Assembly (NCBI GenBank): GCA_018302705.1
Contig: JAGVZI010000007.1
Span: 1,070-65,069 of the forward strand
DNA from: Candidatus Woesearchaeota archaeon
Lineage (GTDB): Archaea > Nanobdellota > Nanobdellia > SCGC-AAA011-G17 > ARS1403
Direction of reading: 5' to 3'
Length of the DNA stretch: 64,000 bases
Shown here piece by piece: positions 1 through 7,787 of the stretch. Under the pieces are notes generated by a model. The model was not told the origin of the DNA and ran no database searches. It saw nothing but the letters and a program-made list of their open reading frames with translations. The translations under genes were made by a program, and so were the position numbers. The stretch's first letter is position 1. The number at the start of each line of letters is the position of its first letter.

Positions 1-64
1 CCCCTATCCTTACTTCTAAAAAATCTCCTTCCTTATCATAATACACGCTTAGCTCTTCTTTCAT
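1..64 (-). CDS. DUF2283-like small protein, 5' part only (runs off window)
   Basis: Manual translation MKEELSVYYDKEGDFLEVRIG; YD-x-EGD-x-L motif; ATGA overlap with the stop of 61..372. Confidence 0.7.
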   Translation of the reverse strand, partial: MKEELSVYYDKEGDFLEVRIG

Positions 65-372
65 CTTGCTACCTTTATCTTATTAACATAAAAGCTTGTT
101 ATAACAAAACCTTCTCCATTTAAATATCTTACCATCACAAAAAGGTATTTCTCTCTTAATTTTATATTCTTATAGTATCTATAATAAAACCTAATCTTCT
201 CATCATGATCGCTCTTCCTTACTGCTGTAGGATTTGTTAAAGTATCTTTAATTTCCTCAAGTCTATTAGCAACTACAGGGTGTTCATATTTAATGTGTCC
301 CCACCTTTCTTCTGATAGATATATTTTCCTCCCGCTTTTATCATTAATCTCAAAAACAATATCCTCATTCAT
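61..372 (-). CDS. Putative RelE/ParE-like-fold toxin or nuclease, partner of the DUF2283 gene
   Basis: 103 aa; IYLSEERWGHIKYEHP and final GFVITSFY strand; coupled to the DUF2283-like gene. Confidence 0.55.
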   Translation of the reverse strand: MNEDIVFEINDKSGRKIYLSEERWGHIKYEHPVVANRLEEIKDTLTNPTAVRKSDHDEKIRFYYRYYKNIKLREKYLFVMVRYLNGEGFVITSFYVNKIKVAR

Positions 373-374
373 TT

Positions 375-833
375 CTATTTCTTTAAATTATCCAGATGCA
401 GAAAATATTCCTTAACCCTATCAACTATACCTTTCAAATAGAAATTCTCGATCTTCTGCTCGAACAGGTGCAGCAGCTTTTCATTCTCGGAGATCTGGTA
501 AAAATTGTCTTTCTTCTCAACCAGGAACAAATCCTTCAGTCTTTTCACCTGTCTCCTAATATTGCTTTCAGCAATCCCTTTCATATTCAGATTCGCTTTC
601 TTCCTGTACTCAACAACTTTTGCTTTTATCTCGTCGGCAGCAATCTCTCCTTCTTCAAGCAAAGCATGCAGCACATCAACAATCACGTCTCTAGAATCGC
701 CTGGCTGTAAAAGCCCAAGGCTTAGGCATATCTTTTTAACAAGCTCTCTTTTAGGCATATTATAGGGCTTCTCATATTTCCTCAAAGTAATCTCTGCTAT
801 AGGAACGCTCTTGGCGACGTTTCCATTCCCCAT
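375..833 (-). CDS. Conserved hypothetical protein, probable winged-helix DNA-binding protein
   Basis: 152-aa ORF; SNIRRQVKRLKDLFLVEK resembles a wHTH recognition helix and wing. Confidence 0.55.
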   Translation of the reverse strand: MGNGNVAKSVPIAEITLRKYEKPYNMPKRELVKKICLSLGLLQPGDSRDVIVDVLHALLEEGEIAADEIKAKVVEYRKKANLNMKGIAESNIRRQVKRLKDLFLVEKKDNFYQISENEKLLHLFEQKIENFYLKGIVDRVKEYFLHLDNLKK

Positions 834-835
834 TT

Positions 836-994
836 TTATTCTCCCTCACCATTTCTCCTGTGTGAACCCAGTCTCTCAGAAACAAACTCATCCCTCTTCC
901 TCAAGAATTCCAGTCTGTCAGAATCATAAAGCTCCTTATTTCCCTCTAAAAATTCCCTCTCCAGCCCTTTGATGAATTTCACCAAGTCCAGCAT
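836..994 (-). CDS. Small hypothetical protein (52 aa)
   Basis: Manual translation MLDLVKFIKGLEREFLEGNKELYDSDRLEFLRKRDEFVSERLGSHRRNGEGE; stop 2 nt before the next ATG. Confidence 0.55.
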   Translation of the reverse strand: MLDLVKFIKGLEREFLEGNKELYDSDRLEFLRKRDEFVSERLGSHRRNGEGE

Positions 995-1070
995 GTAAAA
1001 TTAAAATCACTCAGGATATATAAGCTTATTCACAATAAAGTTTATATAAATCCCCTCAGAAAAAACAAAG

Positions 1071-1427
1071 ATGCCAACACTGATAGCATGCTTGTCAACT
1101 GGAAAAGGAACCTGGGGACATGTCTCCCGCCTTATTAGCGAGAATTCCTGGGACAAGGTATTTCTAATCACAAATGAGTTTGGCAAGGAAAATTTTTCAG
1201 CATCAAATAACACTGAATTAATCCTTATCAACCAGAAGCAGGGCATAAAAGAGCTAGCAAGAGAGATAGAATCAAAATTAAAAAATAAAATAAAGGATCC
1301 GGAGGTAGCTCTAAATTTGGTTTCAGGAACAGGCAAGGAGCACACAGCCATTTTATCAGCAATACTAAAATTAGGATTGGGAATAAGGTTGGTCGCTCTA
1401 ACTCAAGAAGGTATGCAAGAAGTATAA
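1071..1427 (+). CDS. Conserved hypothetical protein (Rossmann-like alpha/beta)
   Basis: 118-aa ORF; LIACLSTGKGTWGHV and VALNLVSGTGKEH motifs; TATA-like tttatataaa upstream. Confidence 0.65.
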   Translation: MPTLIACLSTGKGTWGHVSRLISENSWDKVFLITNEFGKENFSASNNTELILINQKQGIKELAREIESKLKNKIKDPEVALNLVSGTGKEHTAILSAILKLGLGIRLVALTQEGMQEV

Positions 1428-1496
1428 AAAAATTAATTTCATTGCATAAAAATCAAATACAATAATGTTTATATCTTTCAAAATCTTTCTAATCTT

Positions 1497-2552
1497 ATGT
1501 CTTTATTCGGCAAATATCAGGATTCAGAATCAATTTTCAAAAATGAAATCGCTCTCGATCCAAATTTCACCCCGCGCGGAAAAATAGAGTTCAGGGAGAA
1601 TGAAAACCAGTACATAGCAGATTGTATAAAGCCGCTCCTCCAGAGAAGAAATGGGAAAAACCTGGTTATATTCGGCCCGCCAGGAATAGGAAAAACTTTG
1701 GCATGCATAAAAGTAAAAGAAGAGCTTGAAGAAGCAGAAACTATTGGCGAGATTTCGGTTTTCTACATCAACCTATGGAAGAAAAACACGCAGCACAAGA
1801 TTATTCTGGAATTGTGCGATCAGCTTGATTACAAATTTACGCAAAATAAATCATCAGAAGAATTATTGCAGATAGTCAAGCAGAAGATAAACCAGAATTC
1901 GGCAGTCTTCATTTTTGACGAGGCAGACAAGGCAGAATCCCTGGAGCTGCTTTACCAATTGGCAGAAGATGTCTACAGGAAAACAATGATACTAATCGCG
2001 AACGACAGGAGCTGGATTTACAAATTAGAACCAAGATTAAAATCAAGGCTGATGCCGGATTCATTGGAATTCAAGCCATATAAAAAGGAGGAAATAATAT
2101 CAATTCTTAAGTCAAGAATCCAGCTAGCATTCAATCAAAGAATGGTCCAGCAACAGGCATTGGAATCAATAGCTAGCAAGACTGAAGATGCAGTAGACCT
2201 CAGGCTCGGATTATTTCTGTTGAGAGAGTCGGCGTTTATAGCAGAGTCATCATCATCAAAGCAGATAACTCAAGAGCATGTTGAAAAAGCATTATCAAAA
2301 GTATCAGACTTCAAAAGGCCAATTGAGCTCGACCAAGATGAAGAGGAAATAATGAAAATAGTAAATAAAAACCCCAACAAGACAACAACAGAAATCTTCA
2401 CAATCTACCAAAGCAACAATCAGGAAAACAAAAGCCAGCGCACTTTTCTGAGAAAAATCAACAATCTGGAAAAAGCAAATCTGATAAAGTTGGAGGAAGT
2501 GCAGGGAATACAAGGAAGATCATACAAAGTTAAGAAATTGAGCGAGTTCTGA
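1497..2552 (+). CDS. cdc6: Orc1/Cdc6 family replication initiation protein
   Basis: Walker A GPPGIGKT, Walker B FIFDEAD, N-terminal LDPNFTP-RENE motif, C-terminal wHTH. Confidence 0.92.
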   Translation: MSLFGKYQDSESIFKNEIALDPNFTPRGKIEFRENENQYIADCIKPLLQRRNGKNLVIFGPPGIGKTLACIKVKEELEEAETIGEISVFYINLWKKNTQHKIILELCDQLDYKFTQNKSSEELLQIVKQKINQNSAVFIFDEADKAESLELLYQLAEDVYRKTMILIANDRSWIYKLEPRLKSRLMPDSLEFKPYKKEEIISILKSRIQLAFNQRMVQQQALESIASKTEDAVDLRLGLFLLRESAFIAESSSSKQITQEHVEKALSKVSDFKRPIELDQDEEEIMKIVNKNPNKTTTEIFTIYQSNNQENKSQRTFLRKINNLEKANLIKLEEVQGIQGRSYKVKKLSEF

Positions 2553-2701
2553 TATAATAATCATAATGATTAAAAAGTTATTTTACAAGAGATATCTCAT
2601 AAAGCATATTTCCCATTCAACTGACACACCTGCCATGCACTCGCGCATCTGATATAAGCAACTACTGTTTCTAAAAACAAGAAGCCAAGGAGGTGCCAAA
2701 A

Positions 2702-2842
2702 ATGAAATGGTTCAAAAAAACATACCAAACATGGCATGGACATGCCGCCGCCCGATACCGGGAAGCTGAGCTTCTCGGTTTTATTTCTGAAACAGCTGAA
2801 AAAGCAATTAAGAATCACTGGAAAGAGGAGGTGGGAAGATGA
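2702..2842 (+). CDS. Small protein (46 aa), first gene of a micro-operon
   Basis: MKWFKKTYQTWHGHAAARYREAELLGFISETAEKAIKNHWKEEVGR; SD GGAGGTG upstream; overlaps next start. Confidence 0.55.
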   Translation: MKWFKKTYQTWHGHAAARYREAELLGFISETAEKAIKNHWKEEVGR

Positions 2843-2952
2843 TGTCTCTAGACCAAAGAACTATCGGGGATTTATTTAGCGAAAAACTAATGCAGCTTCC
2901 AATAAGAGAAGAGAAGTCATTAAAGAAAAAATGCACATACTGCGGGAGCTAA
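2839..2952 (+). CDS. Small protein (37 aa) with C-terminal CxxC
   Basis: MMSLDQRTIGDLFSEKLMQLPIREEKSLKKKCTYCGS; SD GGAGGTG; ATGA overlap. Confidence 0.5.
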   Translation: MMSLDQRTIGDLFSEKLMQLPIREEKSLKKKCTYCGS

Positions 2953-2953
2953 A

Positions 2954-3055
2954 ATGAACATCTACTCAAAGAAGCACATTGAAAGGGCTCTGGACAATGA
3001 CGACATGGAAGCAGAAGACGCCGGATTCATGCTTGGCTACCTTGAAACAGAATAA
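2954..3055 (+). CDS. Small acidic peptide (33 aa), similar to 5089..5220
   Basis: MNIYSKKHIERALDNDDMEAEDAGFMLGYLETE; starts 1 nt after the previous stop. Confidence 0.6.
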   Translation: MNIYSKKHIERALDNDDMEAEDAGFMLGYLETE

Positions 3056-3088
3056 TGAAACCAAAAAGTATTTAAATAACATTATTTA

Positions 3089-3340
3089 ATGTTATTTAAT
3101 ATGGTATTAAAAACTTTTAATTTGGAAGAAGATGTATATAAAAAATTTTCAGATTTTTGTAAAGAAAACGGCATAAGTATGAGTAAGCAAATAAATATAT
3201 TTATACAATCCCAAATAGAAGAAGAACCAAAGGTTAGAGAAGAATATTTAAAAAAATTGGAAACCATAAGAAAAGGCAAATTTATTAATGTAGGTACTCT
3301 TGATGATTTTAAAAAGAGGTACCAAGTAAATGCCTTATAA
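3089..3340 (+). CDS. Ribbon-helix-helix antitoxin-like protein
   Basis: KTFNLEEDVYKKFSDFCKENGISMSKQINIFI has the RHH beta-helix-helix pattern. Confidence 0.7.
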   Translation: MLFNMVLKTFNLEEDVYKKFSDFCKENGISMSKQINIFIQSQIEEEPKVREEYLKKLETIRKGKFINVGTLDDFKKRYQVNAL

Positions 3341-3410
3341 ACTTGAAATTTCAGAATATCTTGATAAGATTTTGTCAAAACTTTATGAAATCCCAAATTC
3401 TTATAAATAA
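3330..3410 (+). pseudogene. Truncated RelE/ParE-type toxin remnant (26 codons)
   Basis: MPYKLEISEYLDKILSKL overlaps the antitoxin end and resembles a RelE N-terminus, then stops at TAA 3408-3410. Confidence 0.55.
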
Positions 3411-3429
3411 AAGATTCTTCCATTTCAAA

Positions 3430-4023
3430 ATGAAACTCTTCGTTTTCACAGACACCCATGGAAATAAAAAGTTAATCTCGGCATTAATAAAAAAAATCCA
3501 AATTTCAAATCCAGATATTGTAGTCTGCGCCGGGGATTTAACAAACTTCAGTAAAAATCTGGATAAGCTGCTAAACATGTTCAAGAAAACAAATCTGCCT
3601 TTATTAATAATTCCAGGAAATCACGAGACTAATTCAGGCCTGGAAAAAGCATGTAAAAAAACAAAGTTCGCAGTCAACATTCACAAAAGAATTTATTCAA
3701 TTAATAATTATCTTTTTTTCGGTTTTGGTTTAGGCGGCTTTGCAGAAAAAAATTTAGAATTGGAGAGATTAATTCCAGAAATAAAAAAGGTAGTAGTGAA
3801 AAAAATATTAATAGCAGTTACGCACCAGCCCCCATACAGAACAAGATTAGATTTAATTAATTCTGTACACAGCGGTAGCAGGTCCATAAGAAAGTTGGTA
3901 AAAGAAGCAAAGCCAAAACTAAATATCTGCGGCCATTTGCATGAAAACGAAAACAAAATTGACAAGATAAATTCAACGCTTATAATTAACCCGGGACATA
4001 AAGGCAAGATTATCAAGATTTAA
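3430..4023 (+). CDS. Calcineurin-like metallophosphoesterase
   Basis: DTHGN, AGD, GNHE, THQPP and CGHLHE motifs; ATG 3430 preferred over the track start at 3343. Confidence 0.9.
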   Translation: MKLFVFTDTHGNKKLISALIKKIQISNPDIVVCAGDLTNFSKNLDKLLNMFKKTNLPLLIIPGNHETNSGLEKACKKTKFAVNIHKRIYSINNYLFFGFGLGGFAEKNLELERLIPEIKKVVVKKILIAVTHQPPYRTRLDLINSVHSGSRSIRKLVKEAKPKLNICGHLHENENKIDKINSTLIINPGHKGKIIKI

Positions 4024-5008
4024 GAACAAAACCGCTGCCAACCTCCTTCACCCTTTCACTCAAGCCAGCGCCAAATACAACCCAAGCAACAGAGCCTATT
4101 CCTGAAATCAGTTTCTTCAGCCTCTCTAAAATCCTCCCAACTCCGGTAACAGGATATTTCTCAAACAATTTATTGCAGTCCTCTATTAAAGTATCTTTCA
4201 ATGAATCCACATAAAAAGCCAGCTCAATATCGTTGGCGTAATATGCTTTCATGACATCCAAGTAGGCTTTTTCAACCTTCAAAAAAATAATTCTAATTGA
4301 CTTTTTTAAATCCTCATCCAGTTCATGCACCCTTAAAAATCTGCTAACCCTTTTTATCTCGTCCCCAATGTCCTCCATATTCATGCTCAGCAGCCAAATC
4401 GCCAGCAAGTCTTTATTCTGGACATCCAACATTCTTGCAATAGCAGGATTGTCCACCGCCCCGTGAACAGCTCTTAATATTAAAAAGCAAAACCTATTAA
4501 CATCAAAATCCCTTTGATAGATGGAATTGCTGTGGTCTTCATGCACTGATTTTATCATATCCTCGAGCATTCCTCTTATTATAATATCCATCCTCCGGAT
4601 ATTCTCAAAAATAGAAACATCCCTCAAGTTCAAAAAATCCCTTGCAACAATCTTCTTATTGTTCTCCTCTACTATCTCCAGTGCCACAAAGCTATGCAAG
4701 ATTTTCCTTATGCTTTTCATAATCCCGTCAAGGTTATTTCCGGTGATTATAATGAAATCAGAATTATTAATGTACGCAGACAATATCTCCCTGCCAAGCC
4801 TTTCAATGCTTTTATCATCAGCCTTGATAGTAATTTCTTTTAAACTCTCCTCTTTATGTAATTCAGGAAAAAGAATTAACTCCCCGTTTCTGTTCTCCTC
4901 GAAGTATAACAAATCCCCTTTGTTTAATTTATATTTCTTAAGCCAGTAGTTTGGAATAGACAAGACATGAGAGTTGCTTCCAAATTTTATCAATTTTCTT
5001 TTTTCCAT
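4013..5008 (-). CDS. AbrB-domain/PhoU-family phosphate uptake regulator
   Basis: N-terminal RKLIKFGSNSHVLSIPNYW (SpoVT/AbrB) plus PhoU helical repeats (RDFDVNRF, MEDIGD). Confidence 0.85.
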   Translation of the reverse strand: MEKRKLIKFGSNSHVLSIPNYWLKKYKLNKGDLLYFEENRNGELILFPELHKEESLKEITIKADDKSIERLGREILSAYINNSDFIIITGNNLDGIMKSIRKILHSFVALEIVEENNKKIVARDFLNLRDVSIFENIRRMDIIIRGMLEDMIKSVHEDHSNSIYQRDFDVNRFCFLILRAVHGAVDNPAIARMLDVQNKDLLAIWLLSMNMEDIGDEIKRVSRFLRVHELDEDLKKSIRIIFLKVEKAYLDVMKAYYANDIELAFYVDSLKDTLIEDCNKLFEKYPVTGVGRILERLKKLISGIGSVAWVVFGAGLSERVKEVGSGFVLKS

Positions 5009-5010
5009 CT

Positions 5011-5028
5011 ACAGTATATACAGTATAT
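5011..5028. promoter_or_regulatory. ACAGTATAT x2 tandem repeat, possible operator
   Basis: Perfect 9-nt tandem repeat 2 nt upstream of the AbrB-PhoU start codon. Confidence 0.4.
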
Positions 5029-5088
5029 AGTAAAGATATATATACCTAATGCTTTCTCAACTAAATAATCTGAGAAGAGGTGAGAAAG

Positions 5089-5220
5089 ATGGATGATGAT
5101 TTTCTAGAAGAAGAGTTTTCAGAAGAGGAAGAGATCGACCAAGCGCTGGATGACGAAGAGATTGACGCGGGGGAAGCCGGGTTTTTAAGGGGATATTTTG
5201 GTGAAGAAGAGGAAGACTAA
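5089..5220 (+). CDS. Small highly acidic peptide (43 aa)
   Basis: MDDDFLEEEFSEEEEIDQALDDEEIDAGEAGFLRGYFGEEEED; SD GAGGTGA upstream. Confidence 0.65.
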   Translation: MDDDFLEEEFSEEEEIDQALDDEEIDAGEAGFLRGYFGEEEED

Positions 5221-5225
5221 AAAGA

Positions 5226-6371
5226 CTAAATCAGCCCGGTAAGAATCCCAAACATAAAATTAAGCAACCTTCCAAAAAATGGCGCTAGCGAGATGACAAT
5301 AAGGAGCAGGCAAAAGATACCGACGCCAACCCATATTTTTTTTGCTGTATCTTCTTTTTTAAACAAATTCAGGCATAGCAGATAAAACATCTTGCCTCCA
5401 TCTAAAGGTCCCATTGGCAACAAATTAAAAAGACCAACACCTAGGTTCGCGGCAAAGATCCAAAAAAACAGCAAAGCTACCCAGGAAAAAATATTTCCAA
5501 GCACACCATACTTCTCGTTAATATATTGTTTCTCAGGAGTAAAGCTCAATCCCAAATATCCCCTTCCATCATTTTCAGCAACAACTAGTTTATATTCATT
5601 TTTATCAGTCTTAAGCAATGCTTCATCGCCAGGTTTAATCTCGACTAGCAGCTCTAGAAATTCATTAACGCTTGCAACATCAACATTATTAAACCCAAGT
5701 ATTCTTTCATCGTTCTTAATCCCGGCATCAAAGGCAGGGCTTCCCTCCTTGACATCTTTTATAACAATCCCTTCGCTGACAGTCATAGTAGACACTATAG
5801 GGGCCAAGACAAAGATAAACAGCAGGAAAAAAATCCCGGCAACTATCAAATTGGAAAAACTCCCGGCAGCCAAAACTCCGAGCTGCTCTCTGCTTTTTTT
5901 ATTGCCTAATTCTTTCTCGTCAGGCTCTACAAATGCAGCAGGTATTATCGGCAGCAAAAATGAAAACACAGCAAACCCGCTGGATTTAACTTTCACGTCA
6001 TAAAGCCTTGCTATTAAGCCATGGCTAAACTCATGCACCCCGGCCAAAATAAAAATAGCGATGATCCAATGAAAAAAACTAAGCACAGGCAGCCCAGGAA
6101 CAGTTTTTATCCCGGGAAATAAGGGAGCGACAGGAGGGGGAGCGCCAGCAAACAAAAATCCGTATGTCCCTTTTATAAGCAAAGCCAGGATGACAACCAT
6201 TCCAAGGAATCCAAATACTATGCCTAAAAACGCGAACCCGCTTACTAATCTTGGATATCTTTTAGCAATCTTATCCATGAAGACCAACCCTATTTTAGTC
6301 CTGTACAGCACCATGTAAACAAGAGGAAAAAGAATCTTCTCAACCTTGATCCTCTCCTTATTCAAAAACAT
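5226..6371 (-). CDS. Site-2 protease family (M50) membrane metalloprotease with PDZ domain
   Basis: HEFSH, AGSFSN and NLLPMGPLDGG motifs; PDZ-like VKEGSPAFDAGI; true start may be ATT at 6434. Confidence 0.92.
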   Translation of the reverse strand: MFLNKERIKVEKILFPLVYMVLYRTKIGLVFMDKIAKRYPRLVSGFAFLGIVFGFLGMVVILALLIKGTYGFLFAGAPPPVAPLFPGIKTVPGLPVLSFFHWIIAIFILAGVHEFSHGLIARLYDVKVKSSGFAVFSFLLPIIPAAFVEPDEKELGNKKSREQLGVLAAGSFSNLIVAGIFFLLFIFVLAPIVSTMTVSEGIVIKDVKEGSPAFDAGIKNDERILGFNNVDVASVNEFLELLVEIKPGDEALLKTDKNEYKLVVAENDGRGYLGLSFTPEKQYINEKYGVLGNIFSWVALLFFWIFAANLGVGLFNLLPMGPLDGGKMFYLLCLNLFKKEDTAKKIWVGVGIFCLLLIVISLAPFFGRLLNFMFGILTGLI

Positions 6372-6450
6372 GACTGCTAGAAGAATTAATCCAAACCCAA
6401 ATAGTAATACTAAATCATAGTTAACATTGACAATAAGTTATCACCTCGTA

Positions 6451-6615
6451 TCACCTCTTGCTCTTTATCATTCTAAAGCTCTTCCCGCCGCATCTTCTGC
6501 AGCTAACTTTTTTCAGCATAACCTTCCCCATATCAGCCTTCCTTTTTGTTTTGCATTTTTTGCAGACAAAGACCCCATGAAATAATCTTGCAGTTGCTTC
6601 AGGAAACCTAACCAT
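6451..6615 (-). CDS. rpl40e: 50S ribosomal protein L40e
   Basis: Not in ORF track; MVRFPEATARLFHGVFVCKKCKTKRKADMGKVMLKKVSCRRCGGKSFRMIKSKR zinc ribbon. Confidence 0.88.
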   Translation of the reverse strand: MVRFPEATARLFHGVFVCKKCKTKRKADMGKVMLKKVSCRRCGGKSFRMIKSKR

Positions 6616-7007
6616 TATTTCATCTCCATCATTACTTTTTCATCCAGAACAATCCAGTAAAGCACCTTCGTTCCGTTCTCAATTTTTCCTTTCAGCTCGT
6701 CGGGAATTTTAAGGTTGAAAGTTTCAAAATTCTCCTCGTCCATAACGGTCGCATTATCTTCATGAATAGACAAAACTTGGGCTGATTTTTTTTCTATAAC
6801 AGGGCTGTCAATTTTATCATGCCCTGGCAGCACCAGAACCTTTTTCTCCCCCCTTATTAATCCAACAGATTCTATCCTGCATTTCGCATGCCCGTGTTTT
6901 CCGGTTTTGGAAATATCCATCTTAGTCACTCTGCATGCAATTCCGTCGACAACAACATACCTCCCTATCTTCAAGCTAGTAACCTGTACTTGTTTAATCT
7001 CTGTCAT
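6615..7007 (-). CDS. eif5a: Translation factor aIF5A
   Basis: Hypusination loop SKTGKHGHAK. Confidence 0.95.
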   Translation of the reverse strand: MTEIKQVQVTSLKIGRYVVVDGIACRVTKMDISKTGKHGHAKCRIESVGLIRGEKKVLVLPGHDKIDSPVIEKKSAQVLSIHEDNATVMDEENFETFNLKIPDELKGKIENGTKVLYWIVLDEKVMMEMK

Positions 7008-7107
7008 TCTCAACTCAAACTAAAATTTATTTATAAACTATTTGGTTTTAAAATTTTAAAGGAGAAGTTATAAAAACCTTTCTCATCGCAATCTAAGCAA
7101 TCAAAAT

Positions 7108-7755
7108 ATGGCAATAAAAAAACACGACTTCATTGAAATAGAATACACGGCAATAATCGAAGACACATCCCAAATATTCGACACAACAGACGAGGAGACT
7201 GCAAAATCAGCAAATATCTACAATAAAAATGCAAAATATAATCCGGTTGTAATATGCGTAGGTGAAAACCAGATTCTAAAAGGATTGGATGAATCTCTAG
7301 TCGGAAAGCAGCTAAAAGAAGCAGAGTATGAGATTCAATTGCAGCCTGAAGATGCATTTGGCAAGAAAAACCCGAAGCTCCTCCAATTAGTCTCGCAATC
7401 ATCATTCAGAAAGCAGAATATAATTCCGTATCCCGGTTTGCAAATTAATTTGGATGGGATTATGGGAACGATAAGGACAGTAACCCCCGGAAGGATTATA
7501 GTGGATTTCAATCATCCTTTGGCAGGCAAAAAAATAATTTACAAAGTAAAAATAAAAAGAGAAGTAACAGACAAGAAGGAAAAGCTCGACTCATTATTGT
7601 CGTTTTATATAAAAGACTTCAGCACAGAGATTAACCAGGATGAGGTAGTAATATCCGCAAAAGCAAAGATTGAAAAAGAGCTCCATGAAGTCTTGAAAGA
7701 GAAAATAACTAGTTTAATACCCCCAATTAAAAAGGTAACAATCAAAGAAGAATAA
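7108..7755 (+). CDS. FKBP-type peptidyl-prolyl isomerase (SlyD-like, long form)
   Basis: IEIEYT, FDTT, PEDAFG and VDFNHPLAGK motifs. Confidence 0.92.
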   Translation: MAIKKHDFIEIEYTAIIEDTSQIFDTTDEETAKSANIYNKNAKYNPVVICVGENQILKGLDESLVGKQLKEAEYEIQLQPEDAFGKKNPKLLQLVSQSSFRKQNIIPYPGLQINLDGIMGTIRTVTPGRIIVDFNHPLAGKKIIYKVKIKREVTDKKEKLDSLLSFYIKDFSTEINQDEVVISAKAKIEKELHEVLKEKITSLIPPIKKVTIKEE

Positions 7756-7787
7756 TCTTTATATATATTATCGCTTTTTCTTTTAAT

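Noticed and set aside
1428-2700. Replication origin next to cdc6
   Set aside because: No recognisable ORB repeats or G-string; flanks are short ordinary AT-rich spacers
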